In this document: one piece after another, positions 1 to 12,759 of the stretch
How the letters are laid out: each line of letters opens with the position of its first letter
Position numbering within the stretch: the first letter of the stretch is position 1
Source of the DNA: Chara braunii
Taxonomy: Eukaryota > Plantae > Charophyceae
NCBI GenBank assembly: GCA_003427395.1
Contig: BFEA01000007.1
Coordinates: 2,682,625-2,746,624 of the forward strand
DNA length: 64,000 nucleotides
Direction: 5' to 3'
Made by a program: the position numbers and the translations under genes
Notes under the pieces: model-generated
What the model was told of the DNA's origin: nothing
What the model saw: only the letters and a program-made list of their open reading frames with translations
Database searches by the model: none

Positions 1-1216
1 AAAATGCTTAACGATGCAAAGAAATACGTGCAGACTTGCCAAATCTATCAGCGGGACAAGCCGCGGACTCAAGCACTACTTGGGTTATTAAAGCTTGTAC
101 CCATTACTGCTGGTCCGGGACAAAGTGTTTCCATGGATTTCATGGATACCCCGGTGACCAACAATAATGGCAAAAGGCATATCTTCGTAACAGTGGATAG
201 GTTAACTATGTCGGGAGACTGCTAGAACAGAGCAAATCATCAAATTATTCATGGATAACTGGGTGCGTGATTGTGGACTGCCTAAGATGATTGTTAGTGA
301 TAGAGATGTCCGGTTTACCTGTGAGATGTGGAAGAAGGTCGTTGAACAGATGGACAACCAACTTCAGATGACTTCCGGGAATTATCCCCAAGCCAATGGG
401 CAGGCTGAACAGATGAACGGTGTGGTGCAACATCTGTTGGGGCATTATCAAGCCCCGCTAGGATAACCGGTATGAGAAGTTACCACTCATCGCCATTTTG
501 TACAACAATGTTGTACATAGCACCACCGACGTCAGTCCTAATCAGCTACATCTGGGGTGGAAACCTAAATCTGCTCTAGACTTCCTTTTGCCTGAAAACC
601 GAACAGCTGCAACCCCTTGAACCATCGAGTTTGTTGTCCAATATGAGAAGAAGCTGTTGCAGCAGATTGTCGAACACATCAAGCGATTTCAAGAAGCCAT
701 GATTGCTACTGAGAACAAGCAGCACCGGCAGTCCACATTTTAGGTAGGGGATCGTGTCCGGGTCAAGGCTAGTGAGTCGGGACAGGAGTTCGGCATCTTT
801 AGAAAATTGATGCCTCAGTATTTTGGTCCATGGGAAGTTTTGGATATTGTGGGTTGTGAAGAAGATGGTTCCTCGTATGTAATTCGTATCCCTGGTCACC
901 TTCACAATTACCCTGTGTTTCACGCCCTGCACCTTTCGCGGAGACAAAACAATTCCCATCAAGGAGATTTATGCTGCCCCCCACGATGGATGGTCATGTG
1001 GACGTTGACGATATCCGGAAGCACAGAGACATGCCTGTTCCCCAGTCAGATGGCAGGAGTAGACCGCCTAAACATGTGAGAGAGTACGGAGTACGGTTCA
1101 GGCATCATATTGAACCCAAGGAAGATCGATGGTTTACAAGCGAGGAACTTGTCAAGACAGCTCCTCAGATCGCGGTCGAATATGAAAGGAAATTGAAGGG
1201 GAAGGCACCAACATGA
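1..1216 (+). pseudogene. Ty3/Gypsy pol 3' end (integrase core, SH3-like region, chromodomain), frameshifted
   Basis: ORF pieces carry integrase motifs (VSMDF, IVSDRDVRF, YPQANGQAEQMN), the LMPQYFGPWEV...PVFH motif and a C-terminal chromodomain (VDDIRKHR...EYGVRF...EDRWF). Confidence 0.93.
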
Positions 1217-1241
1217 AGCATCTCAGCGGACTTTCGAAGCT

Positions 1242-1254
1242 AAGGGGGATGGAA
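1242..1254 (+). promoter_or_regulatory. Polypurine tract of the upstream Gypsy element
   Basis: AAGGGGGATGGAA lies just after the pol stop and immediately before a TG. Confidence 0.75.
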
Positions 1255-2331
1255 TGCGAGGAATGAGCCCTCACGGGCCCCTTATCAGACACACACATGT
1301 TCTGGGCAGAGCCCCCCAGCGAGTGAAGTGCCTGCCCTAAGTGAAGGCGGGCCTGGGTACTCAGGCTATTACAGCCCGCGAGTTGGTTGAGTGGACGTGT
1401 AAGCCTCCCTAAGCTGCGTCGTACAATTTGGCCCAGGCTGTGGCAGTTGCGCCTGGGCACATATACACAATGTAGGGCCAATACATCACGAAGTGGTTAT
1501 AGGACTACGCAAAAGCTGCATTGTTGACGTACATACCCCGGGTCATGTGCAAATGCAGCAAAGGGCCCAAGTCTGGAGACTTAGGTCGTGTCCAACTGTA
1601 AAGGGCCCATGCCCTCAACTGTAGCACTGGGCTTGGGCGCAGGTGCCGGGGCCCGACCAGAAGCTTCCTAGCCAGGTCACATGCACCCAAGGAGCGGCTG
1701 CCACTTCCATATAGGAAGGAGGGAAGCCATGGTCTGACATTCTGGCCCACGTAGGCAATGCGGTCACGCTGCTGCGTTGCTACGCGAGATGTTGCATGCT
1801 GCGTTAGTGGCCAGGGCGCGTGCGGGCGTTTCAGAGTTGAACAGGGGCGTTGTTGGGCAGCGGAGCTCTAGCAGCCATAGCCGGGCTGCAAGGCGCTAAG
1901 GGGTAAGAGGGCGATCGGTGGTCTTCAGGAAGGAGGTGAGTGTGGGTGGTCAGGGTCTGATGAGGAGAGACGAGATACGTACCGAGTACATGAGAGAGGT
2001 CGGCTATGGTGTTGACGTTATGTACATTGGTCTTCAAGAGTCGAAGTGAGCCTGTTGCGTGAATGCTGATGTAGGTCGGGTAGGCGAGTAGTGTAGGTTG
2101 GGCGTTGGGCGCCAGACAGAGAGGAGCGACATTGGATACTGTGTTGGTGTGGCCTGAGGGCTTGAACATTGGCTCATGACTTCATTGTATTGCTCTTATT
2201 TGGATAGAATCTCGGTGCACTTGTGCTCTCTGCTGTACACGACTACTTGGACTCTGCCTACGGTTTATCGGGCGACTCAGTTTGATCAACTTTGATGATA
2301 TATATAATCTCGTACGGAACAGTTTGTCACA
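1255..2331 (+). mobile_element. 3' LTR of the Gypsy element at the window start
   Basis: Starts TGCGA after the PPT and ends TCACA (imperfect terminal inverted repeat). It shares blocks with the LTR at ~20070-20990. The right end is uncertain. Confidence 0.65.
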
Positions 2332-2349
2332 ACCCCTCGTTTCTTGTCC

Positions 2350-2577
2350 TGTGTGCATCAAGTACAGGGGACACACAAACACGGGCAATCCTTGCATGTA
2401 GGTTAAATCAGAAGAGATGGGGGACAAGGCGAAACGAAGATGGAGACGAGGGAGAAGACCAAGATCGCGATAGCGAAGTCTAAAAATAATCTCCCTGCCG
2501 AATGCCCAATCAATGTCTTCCACAGAAATGTTGAATCAGATCCAAAGCCTCATGGCAAGATGTGACCTTTGATTGTA

Positions 2578-2640
<63 letters not shown>

Positions 2641-2729
2641 NNNNNNNNNNNNNNNNNNNNNNNNNNNNNNNNNNNNNNNNNNNNNNNNNNNNNNNNNNNN
2701 NNNNNNNNNNNNNNNNNNNNNNNNNNNNN

Positions 2730-2773
<44 letters not shown>

Positions 2774-2985
2774 AACACAGAAATAGAAGAAGAGGAAGAA
2801 AAAGGAGAATAATTTCGACCTCCAATCTCGCTGCCATCGGTAGTGGCTGACGCTCTCTTGTTGCGCAGGTCGCTGGCGTGAAGACCCAACTACTGCAGCC
2901 AGGTAAGTCCTTCGTCAACTGCAAGTATGGCCTCCTCACCTCTCTCTCCTCTCTACCTCCTATCTCGCCTCTACCTCTCCCTATG
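2350..2985 (-). repeat. Partial 3' LTR of element A with (CT)n/(CA)n microsatellite and gap
   Basis: Similar to ~11480-11960 (e.g. GAAGACCAAGATC, GGTAGTGGCTG.CGCTCT, CTCTACCTCCTATCTCGCCT). Confidence 0.75.
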
Positions 2986-3199
2986 AAGTCAAGTCGGGTC
3001 GAGGGCGAAGCTAATGATCCGAAGGTGGAACCTAGACGTTAGTACGGCATGAAGTCGGAGGTGCTGGCATGCGTTGGTGCTTGTGTTAATAACGTGTGAG
3101 GACGTCGGGGATGTGGCTTGGAGTTGCACGGGTCAACCAACGGTCAGCCTTATTGCAACTACAGGAAAAGTGTACCAAGTACTTTGTCCACCTGTTGTC

Positions 3200-6100
3200 G
3201 TAGTGTCACAGCGAGATGATGTCACCGACCTCTTGGAAACCGTTCAATGGAGGGTTGGTCTTGTGATCGGCGGCTGGGCAAGTCGGAGCCAACTTTGAAC
3301 AATGGAAGACCGGGTAGATGGGCAAGTGGGTGGGCACCTGAATGACAAAAGAGGGTCTTTCTAGCGCATCTCCAACGGTCACTACAATACACCAAGGCCC
3401 GATCAATTCCGGGAGGAGTTTGTGAGAGATATCTTGTTCGAGGGTGAATTCCACGACAGAGACTTAAAGAAGGTTGCCCGCATGGAATGGATAAGGAAGA
3501 CAATGGCGAGTGGCTTGACAGCTTATGCGTTGCTGCGTCTTCGACATTTGGTCTTGTGCCTTGATAAGGAGATCTTGCATCTGTTGAATGAAGGCGAGGT
3601 GGTTATCACCCTCGGTCGTCTGTGGAATGATAGTGTCCAATGGTGATAAGACCGGCGAGCCATGCTCGAACTCGAAGGGTAAAATTTCGATAGTCGGATG
3701 AATGAACGAGTTGTATGCTAACTTGACGTCAGACAACCGCTCGACCCAATCCTTTTGGTCAGGACGGATTGAGTGCGAAGACGAACCTGTGCGGTTTGAT
3801 GTGCCCTCTCTGTTTGACCATCGGTTTGTGGGTGGCAAGCCGAACTCGGCTTGAGATATGAGCCTCATCGTTTGAGAAGAACTCAAAAGTGGAGGACTCA
3901 AAAGTGGGACAGAAATCGAATGTTGCGGTTATAACCGATCTCCTTGGGGTAACCCTTGGTGCGAATCCAATCGGTGTAAAGAACCTCGACCAACTTTGGT
4001 GCCGTAGTGAGATAGCGGCAAGGCAAAACCATGGAGAACTTGGTGACTCGATTGACCACCGTGAAAATCTCATCCATGTCAGTCTTGTGCTTGGGATACG
4101 GCGTGGTCATGTCCATAGCAACCGATTCTCGTCGTCCTAGGGGGACCGGTAGTGGTCGCAACTCGTCAAGCGGACGATGGTTGCAGGATTTGCAACGCCG
4201 GCAAACCTCGCATGACTCGCAGTATTGTGTGACGTCGCCGAGAAGCCCATACCATAAAAAGTGCTCGCGAAGTCGACCAATTGTATGATTGACTCCAAAG
4301 TGTCCGGTGGCGAGGGCATCGTGGAACTTGCCAAGAAGCTGCGCACACATCACTTGGCACAAAAAGAAGATTTTTCCCTTGCGAGTGGACTAGCAAATAG
4401 CCCTCTTGGATCCGATAATGTGATGGTGCCGGATTTGGAGAGGAGCAAGTCGCATACTTGTTGCGAAACTCGGGGTCGACTTGGTAGCCACGGGAAAACA
4501 TTGTACTGCAAGTCGTCGGCAACCTCAAACGTCGCGTAGTCCGCGGTAATAAGGTCCAGGCGCTGCGAAAGAGCGCTCGCAAAACGGTTTGACTTTCTTG
4601 GAATGTGATCAGTGAAGAAGTCAAACTGATCGATGAAAGTCATCCATCGGGTAATTATATTATTGACCGTGTCTTGGGTATTGTAGAAGACTAACGGGTT
4701 GTTATCCGTTACCCATCGGAATTGGCTTCGACCGAGAAGAAAATGCCACTGCTGCTTGAGCGTGTGTACAAAGGCCAAAAACTTTCGTACGTTGACGAAT
4801 GCAGGGTGGGCACCTTCTTACTAATGAACGCGATCGGGTGCCCATCCACGCCATCGTGTTGCTTAAGGACGATACCAATGTCATAGGTGGATGCATCGAT
4901 TGTGACGCGCGTCGCCAAAGGTGGGTCATAGATGCGTAAAACCTTCGCGGATAGCAATGCAACTTTGAGGGTCAAAAAGGAGGCCCGTGCATCGTCGTCG
5001 AAGTCAAAAAGTCGGTCCTCCCATTGAAGCTTGGTGAAGTTAGTTGTGATCTTCGAAGAACCTTTGATAAGGCATTGATAGTAGCCGAGAAACGAGAGGA
5101 TACCCGTAACGCTATTCGTTGTGGGCCACTCGTGGACGGATTGAATCTTGTCTGATATTGGACTAATGCCCTGCTGTGTGACAAAATGACCCGAGTACTT
5201 CAACTCTTGACTTACGAAGTCGCACTTGTCGCGGTTGGCTTTGTACTTGGCGCGACGAAGTGCCTCCAACACATGTCCAAGATGCTCGAGATGGTCCTCT
5301 AAGGTCCGACTATAGACGAGGATACTGTCCAAGTAGACAAACACAAACCGGTTCAACCTCACGCGAAACTCGTTTGTCATCGCCGCTTGAAAAATCATTG
5401 GGGCATTCATGAGGCCAAAAGGTATGACAACCCACTCAAAATGTCTGTACCGCGTCTTGAATGTGAATTTATGGTGATCTTGCGGGCGTATCGAGATTTG
5501 ATGATAGCTAGACTTCAAGCCCAACTTGGAAAAATACTTTGCGCTGGCTAAACGCTCCAAAAGACCGCCAATATGAGGAAGAGGCCCCACATCTTGACGG
5601 TTTGCGCGTTGAGCTCACAATAGTCAATGCACAAGCAAAGGTCCTTGTTCTACTTTCGTATGATGCAACCTTTCGGCGGCCCCATATGGTGAACTACTAG
5701 GGTGGATCCAACCCTATCCAACAAGTCATCGAGTTGTTCGTGGAGAACCACGAGCTTTTCCTCACTCATGCGATAGATGCAACCTTTCGGCAACACGGCA
5801 CCGACGTCAAGGATGATCTTATGGGAGATCAACTGATTCGGCACCATACCGGTAGAGGTGACTCGAAGACGTCGGCGAATTCGTCAAGCAACCACACCAC
5901 GAGAGAGTCTGAAGACAAGTTCGTAAGTGAAGATTCGGTGGTCGCGACGGTCTAAAAAAAACATAAGTCGATCTCGTGGATCCCCTTCTAAGCACAAGTG
6001 ACCCGAAAAGACTTGGCCATCACAACTTGACACCGGATCGAAGGGTGAGGAAGAGGAATGGTACATGGGACTTCAACGCTGAAAGTTTGAGAAATGGTAA

Positions 6101-6640
6101 GTGTCCGGCGATGAAAGTTGACAGCGTGGTCCACATTACATGAGACTTCAACGCTGAAAGTTTGACAAATGGTAAGTGTCCGCTAATGGAAGTTGACAGC
6201 GTGGTCCACATTCGCGAAGGCATCCCCAAAACGATGTCGAAGTCCACGTTGAAGACGTCAAACGTAACCGGCTCGTATGCATGTGGTGCATGATAAACCG
6301 GCACGGCCTCGATGTAGCGATCAAGAAGTGGTTGTGTCCGACTGTCCGCCATCTTGATTGTTGTAGGGTGTGGCTTCCTTCGAACTTGTCCGCCAAGACC
6401 ATCCCTCTGTATGGAGGACTTGCTCATGAAATTGCGAGTCACGTCACTTTCCAGCAAAGCGTTGCAGAACACTTGCCCAACTCGGATGCGGACATAAAGA
6501 AGCGGTGCATTGTTGTCGTTGTACCACTGCGTGCGAAACACGCAGGCCATCGTGGTGATATACGCAAGGAGGTCCCCCACAACGACTTCGTCATCCGTCG
6601 ACGAAGTTAGTGGTTCATAGAAGGACAAATACGTGTGCAA
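3200..6640 (-). pseudogene. Gypsy pol pseudogene (protease, RT, RNase H, integrase)
   Basis: Protease LLESDVTRNF (DSG mutated), RT FTFKTRYRHFEW...PFGLMNAP...VYLDS (YLDD mutated), RNase H VTIDAS, integrase zinc finger HDALATGHFG...CEVC. Many stops and frameshifts. Confidence 0.95.
6064..6212. repeat. ~75-bp tandem duplication within the protease region
   Basis: CATG(G/A)GACTTCAACGCTGAAAGTTTGA...GTGGTCCACATT occurs twice. Confidence 0.9.
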
Positions 6641-6933
6641 ATGGGCACATAGTGTTGCGCACTGCGGTCCTGGTAAGCTGCTTGTGGAAGGGAGAGGAAG
6701 CTATGCAAAATTCTCGGGCGACAACTGGTCCAAGACCTCTATGTTGAACTCGCGTGCTAAATTCCTTGAAGAACCAATTGAAAACGACAAACTGGTGCCG
6801 CTACCGAACAAAGAGGAAATTGTGCACATACCTTGTCCTTGAGCTAGAGAGCCCGATAGTGGAACGAGTCGAGCGGCAAAGTAATCAAAAGAATGAAGAA
6901 GAGGACTTCAATTTTCGCATGTGTCTTGGATGT

Positions 6934-7088
6934 AAGGGAGGTTGCTCGCGAAGCAACCAATTTTGAAGGTGTCGAGAGTGCAGTCGTATCACTCTCGGTG
7001 GTGCCCTGGATATAAGGGAGGTTGCTCACGAAGCAACCGATTCTGAAGGCGTTGACAGTGCAGTTGTATCACTCTCGATGGTGCTCAC
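6934..7088. repeat. ~80-bp tandem duplication between gag and protease
   Basis: AAGGGAGGTTGCTC.CGAAGCAACC...CACTCTCG.TGGTGC occurs twice. Confidence 0.85.
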
Positions 7089-8626
7089 TTTCCCGAATGG
7101 GTCTTCCCCTTGGCCTTTGTGGGGCAGTTCGCGATGTCGTGTGCATCGCTATTATAGCACAAACAATATTGGTACTTGGGGTGGATCTTGTAGACGCCCT
7201 TCGATATGCCATAGTGAAGCCAAGGTTTTTGAGCTGTTGTTTTCGATTTATTGTGCCCTCGACCCTTGGTCGGGCGGCCACCATCCCGAGCAACTGCTAA
7301 CATATCTCCCTCATCTGATGAAGCAGTCCCGTTAGAATTGGTCGGCTTTGTTATTGCAACCACGGTCACTTTTGGCCAATGTTGATCTCTGCTCTGGCCT
7401 GCGGAAGACGAACGGCCAGCATTATGGGCTTCCGTGTTCGTTATAATGATCTGCAAGACTTTGTTAAAAAGGAACTCACTCGTGGTGAGCGTCTCCGCGA
7501 CTTGCATTAACACATTTTGTAATGTCGCACATGATCTCCTAATGAAGTAATGCTTCACTCTCGTGAAATGGATCGGCAAGTTGCACATCGATGCCAAGTG
7601 TTGGTACTCGGCGATCCAATTCGTGCTTGGCAAGGAGTTATGATGAACTTCTACAATTTATCCATTGCTCGGAGCTCGGGCAGTTTCACTTGGAGCCGTG
7701 TATGCCATGCTGCAGTGAGAGCTTTCCAACCGATCTTTGTGTGCAACTCGCAAACGACCACCTTATGTGTGGAGAAGAGGTTGTCGAGCCATACTTGACA
7801 TGTGTCGGCGACCGATGATAAAGACGAGCATGTCAGTCGGGGTCGTGCACCTTGTACATGTCCAAACGCAATTTGAATTGCCGACACCACGAAAATGGAT
7901 CAGTATTCAATGCATCGCAGAAGATTGAGATGTTATCCAACTTGGGTACACGTTCGAGAGGCGAGGAGAAGGGGCATGCGAATGCTGCACGAATCAGTTG
8001 TTCCAGCTGATGATCGGTTGTCTGAAGCTGCTGATTTGTGACTTGTTGCAGTCGTGCATCGTTTTTCAAAGTGCCTACTTCAACCTCTAAGGTTATGATA
8101 CGATCCCCCAAGTTTGCGGGTCCGGCAGGTGTGGTTGTTGCATGTTGTTGTTCTAGCCTATGCATGTGGTCGATGAGGTCGGCGATTGTCTCAGCCTGCG
8201 TCTTGACCAGCGTGGCCTGCTGCTTGAGCAATATGTCGAAGCAAAGGATCTCCTCCTGCTGGGCGACGCTTGGCGAGATCAGATTGGTCACATGTGCATA
8301 TGCGTTTGCAATGTCGTACACCGCCTCAAGGTCCTTTGTGCCTTCCGTAGCTGCCTCCTGCTCGCTGGTTATGATTTTGATATCATCCTATCGTGGAAAA
8401 ATGCATTTTAGTGTTCTCGTCATTTCTCATCTGCAACCCTTTTTCCTGCGCCGACGTTCGCCTGTCGCTGTTGCTAAGTGAGTCGACGTTGTTTTTCTGC
8501 CTCCTCCTCTTTCCTCGGGGCTGATGCCGCATCCGTTCTCTTCTTTATCTCGACTATCATGTCAAACATGCGGGCCTCACAGGTTTCCACGGTTTCACCT
8601 GCCTTCCGCTCCATGTCTCTCGTCAT
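7085..8626 (-). pseudogene. Gypsy gag pseudogene
   Basis: Starts MTRDMERKAGETVETCEARM, then a coiled-coil region, a retrotrans-gag-like WCRQF...WIAEYQ segment and a degenerate zinc knuckle (CLCYNSDAHDIANCP). Lies upstream of pol. Confidence 0.85.
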
Positions 8627-8837
8627 TAATCGGGTGACTGGGGGCGTATGTTGCGTGGCACTAACTACTACTGACGTGACACCGATGGACTACTAACGTG
8701 TCAAGGTGGTCTGCCGACGTATCGCTGGGGTGGCATGTGATTGCGAAGTTAGCGAGGAAGTAATCCCAGGTCCCGTTACATATTTAGGTGCAACAAACAA
8801 AAATGGAACTTTAATTGGACATCTGTAGTCATCCTAC

Positions 8838-9894
8838 AGACAATTTTGCAATAGGTTGGGATATGTGCATGTCAGTTGTGAGGAGTTTATTAGATAGAAT
8901 ATAGAATGAAATAAGATTAATTCAAATAAGATTAGTTAAATTTTATTCATTATTTGATATACAATTTATTTATGTACCATTGAATGTATATTGTAAAAGA
9001 GAGAACACAAATGTATACATGAATTAAATTTATGTATTTTCACGTTGGCTATAAACTAAAGTGAAAAATAAAAATTAAACGAACNTTTATTTTTTTAATC
9101 GGGAAAAAAATAAAAAATATAGCAATAACAGAAAATACTAAGCCTACTGAAAGAACAATAAATGCACGTAAGTAAGCATGAATCATAAATTTTTCTATAT
9201 TTTGAGAAATAATATCATATTTTTAATTTGTAATTAAGTCATATATTGTCAAATAGAACTGCCCGGTAAACCGTAGGCAGAGAGGGAGAAGAGGACAACA
9301 AACGAGGGGCTGTGACAAACTGTTTCGTCGGAGTTTCACCGACTCATCAGGAGGCTGAAATATACAATCAAAATCTATATTTGGTGTACTTATAAATATA
9401 ATTTATATAATCATCTAATATAATAGACAATTTTGCAATAGGTCGGGATATGTGCATGTCAGTTGTGAGGAGTTTATTAGATAGAATATAGAATGAAATA
9501 AGATTAATTCAAATAAGATTAGTTAAATTTTATTCATTATTTGATATACAATTTATTTATGTACTATAAAATGTATATTGTAAAAGACAGAACACAAATG
9601 TATGCATGAATTAAATTTATGTATTTTCACGTTGGCTATAAACTAAAGTGAAAAATAAAAATTAAACGAACGTTTATTTTTTTAATCGGGAAAAAAATAA
9701 AAAATATAGCAATAACAGGAAATACTAAGTCTACTGAAAGAGCAATAAATGCACGTAAGCAAGCACGAATCAAAAAGTTTTCTATATTTTGAGAAATAAT
9801 ATGATATTTTCAATTTGTAATTAAATCATATATACAATCAAAATCTATATTTGGTGTACTTATAAATAAAATTTATATAATCATCTAATATAAT
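8838..9894. repeat. AT-rich ~470-bp tandem duplication; first copy carries a 114-bp insertion
   Basis: 8838-9424 and 9425-9894 are near-identical apart from the insert at 9247-9360. Confidence 0.92.
9247..9360 (-). mobile_element. 114-bp LTR-derived mini insertion
   Basis: Absent from the second tandem copy and flanked by a TAT (or ATAT) duplication. Ends are TGTCA...TGAAA. Its reverse complement matches 2252-2273 and 2311-2349. Confidence 0.65.
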
Positions 9895-11004
9895 TTATAT
9901 AAATTTTATGTAATTTATATGAAGAATTCCAATATACCTACGCAGTATATATATATCCCATAAATAATAGAATGATTTATCATTTCGTCAGATCTGTAGA
10001 TTCATTTTTCAAACAAAATGAAAAATCCAATTATATGAAAGGAATTCGCATTAGCAGTTGATATCAAAACAATGGTGCAGAGATTGTTGAGACTGGATGC
10101 AAAAAATATAGTTAAACATCTTTGCATGTGTTCTCAGATAAAATAGTTGGGAACGTGTTGTGGCCTTCGACCCTTTGTTTTGTGTGTCAAATTCAATAGA
10201 TGTACGAGTTCACCTTACGATAATGTAATGGGCATAATCTGTAGGGAACCAACATATGTCTCTGTAGGATCCTTAGAGACTATATGTGAATCAACTTCAC
10301 GTGATTCATATGGTCGCCTTGCAGAAGAAGGGCACAGATTAAAGGGGGGAGGGTGAGGGAATTTCAGCAGCGAAAAGGGGGTGGGTGGAAGGGAGGGAAC
10401 GACACATCCTCATATGGAAAGCATCGCCCTGCCCCCTATTGGACCACATTGATCACCAAGATTAGAAGCCACTAATCAAAATTTAAAAAGATTGAACTTT
10501 GCTTTGAAAAATATTTTTGAAAAAAAATAAAAATCATTTTAAAATTGCAAGTTTGGTAGGTCTCACAATCCCCAAATTGTCCCGAAGTTGAAAAAAATTA
10601 ATATTTTAAACTTCAGATTACAGATATAACAGATAAATGAGTGAAATAAATAATCAAACTCCAAAAAACATTCGCAATTCTAGGTAATTTTGAAAAAATA
10701 AAATTTAGAATATTTCGGATGAGAGTAAACACAACTATTTTTTTATTTTTAGAAGTATAATTCCCCAAAATACAACTGCGAAGAGATATCTGATTATCCA
10801 AGCAATGAAAAACTCCAAATTACACGAAATTGAGAAAATCAAAATTTTCATTAACTAATTAATGCGCGATTCAAAATTAAAAAAAAAATGAATTTGTGCG
10901 AAAGAGAGATTTCATAAATTCAAAAATAATTTTATTTTGGAATTTTGTCAATTAGGTAGAGTAGCGAGAAAAAAACAGATTAATAAAGTTAATATTTTTG
11001 AATC

Positions 11005-11205
11005 TATCAATCAATTAATCAATCAATTAATCAATTAATCAATTAATCAATTAATCAATTAATCAATTAATCAAGCAATCAAGCAATTAATCAATCAATC
11101 AATTAATCAATTAATCAATTAATCAATCAATCAATCAATCAATTAATTAACCAATCAGTTAATCAATTAATCTGTCAATCGATCAATCGATTGATCGATG
11201 GATTG
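11005..11205. repeat. (AATC/AATT)n array in the leader of element A
   Basis: Visible mixed tetranucleotide array about 50 bp from the PBS. Confidence 0.9.
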
Positions 11206-11253
11206 TCCTAATCGCATGTGAGGTTAGATTACGATCGTGATTCACTAGTGCAA

Positions 11254-11264
11254 CTCTGATACCA
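11254..11264 (-). promoter_or_regulatory. Primer-binding site (tRNA-iMet) of element A
   Basis: CTCTGATACCA is the reverse complement of TGGTATCAGAG, 2 nt from the LTR end. Confidence 0.88.
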
Positions 11265-11266
11265 AC

Positions 11267-11700
11267 TGATACATGCTGGACTCGGATCGAGCAATATATA
11301 TGAAGCCAAGGATCCACAAAGTGATGAAAAAAACTCGAATGGACAATATAGCGTCAACGAAGCATCAACGAGCAATGTACATCTAGATACGTACAACCAT
11401 AGCACAATGTAGCACAACGGAAGACTTAAAGATATAACCTGATATTTCAGATACAAACAAGGAGGGGCCGCATACATGAAAAAAACGTCCCTCCTTTGTA
11501 CGCACATGGGGAGATACCACAGATGAGGAGATAGGGGACAAGGCAATAGTGGACGAGGCGAGACGAAGATGGACGTGAGCGAGAAGACCAAGATCATGAT
11601 AAGTCCAACAATAGTCTCCCTGCTGAATGTCCAATCATATCTGCCACAAACATGTCAAACTAGATCTTGGGCCTCATGTCCCGATGTAACCTCTGCCCCC

Positions 11701-11759
<59 letters not shown>

Positions 11760-12368
11760 ACAGATAGAGGACGACGACGAAGAAGAATGACGGCCTCCAA
11801 CGTCACGTGCCGTCGGTAGTGGCTGGCGCTCTGTTGTCGTGTAGGTCGCTGGTGTGAAGACCTACCTACGACAGCTAGGTAAGTTCTTTGCCAATTGTAC
11901 ATATTACCTTCGTACGTCTTTCTGCGCTCTACCTCCTATCTCGCCTTTACCTCTACCTAATGTGTCACGCGCTGCTTCAGCAACGTGTCGCCCAATAAGT
12001 GAGCTATTAGAACTGTGTACTGCCTAGGAGCTGACCCAGGTATAAGTAGTGTTCGGCCTGGGTGTTGTGCCCACGACTTGCTCCTGGGCCAGGTCTAAAA
12101 ACGGTCCGCCTGGGTCGCTACCGGACGTCCAAGCCCTCCTTGTTGATGCAGCTGGAAAGGCCCGTTATCGAACAAACCCAAACCTGGGCTGAAACAGCGT
12201 GGTCGGTAACGAAGAAGGCCCAAAACATGACCTTTGTCCGAACAGACCTACTGCAAGTCTGAAACGACACCTAAAACAGACAACAATAAGACAACAGGGA
12301 AGCAAATAAATGCTCCCTCAAATTGAACCCTACGGCCCCAAAGGCTGGCCGTGGGCTTGCAGGGCGCA
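11267..12368 (-). repeat. 5' LTR of element A
   Basis: Adjacent to the PBS, contains (CT)n, and is similar to 2350-2985 and to the LTRs of element B. The outer end appears clipped. Confidence 0.75.
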
Positions 12369-12759
12369 TTTTTTTTTTTGTGCAAAATTCCCTGCTTCAA
12401 TGGCAGTATCACTTTATAAAAACAAGAGTCCCACACTCTGATTCCCTAGAGTTGGATCGTTCCTTTAACACGATTGGAATCAGTTGGCGAAGTCCTTGGT
12501 GTGAGTTATCCCCTTAGAAGTTAGAACCCGATTTAATCGAGTTACCCCCATACTGGGGTCATTACCCGACTTTGGCTGAGAACAGTCTGGGAACACGATG
12601 TGATTCAGAAAGCATGGGGAGGATCATGAATGTCTTATGACCTATTAAGGAACTACGCATGCAATAAGCTGCCACAGAGGTTCTACGAATGCTCACAACC
12701 CTCAGGATCCCTAACAAACCCTTCTAAAACTTTCCAACACAGTTTTACTCCCTGTTGTG

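Larger units (their letters stand above)
2350..12368 (-). mobile_element. Decayed Ty3/Gypsy element A (5' LTR, PBS, leader with ~1.7-kb AT-rich interruption, gag-pol, partial 3' LTR)
   Basis: 2350-2985 matches ~11480-11960 in the same orientation. PBS is at 11254-11264 and gag-PR-RT-RH-IN remnants lie in order on the minus strand. The leader layout parallels element B. Confidence 0.75.

Noticed and set aside
8775-8780. TGTAAC-like LTR start just upstream of the element A gag
   Set aside because: No matching repeat or PBS here. The PBS and LTR at 11254-12368 explain the element better.
10000-10450. Possible gene fragment on the minus strand
   Set aside because: Short frames with stops and no recognisable motif.
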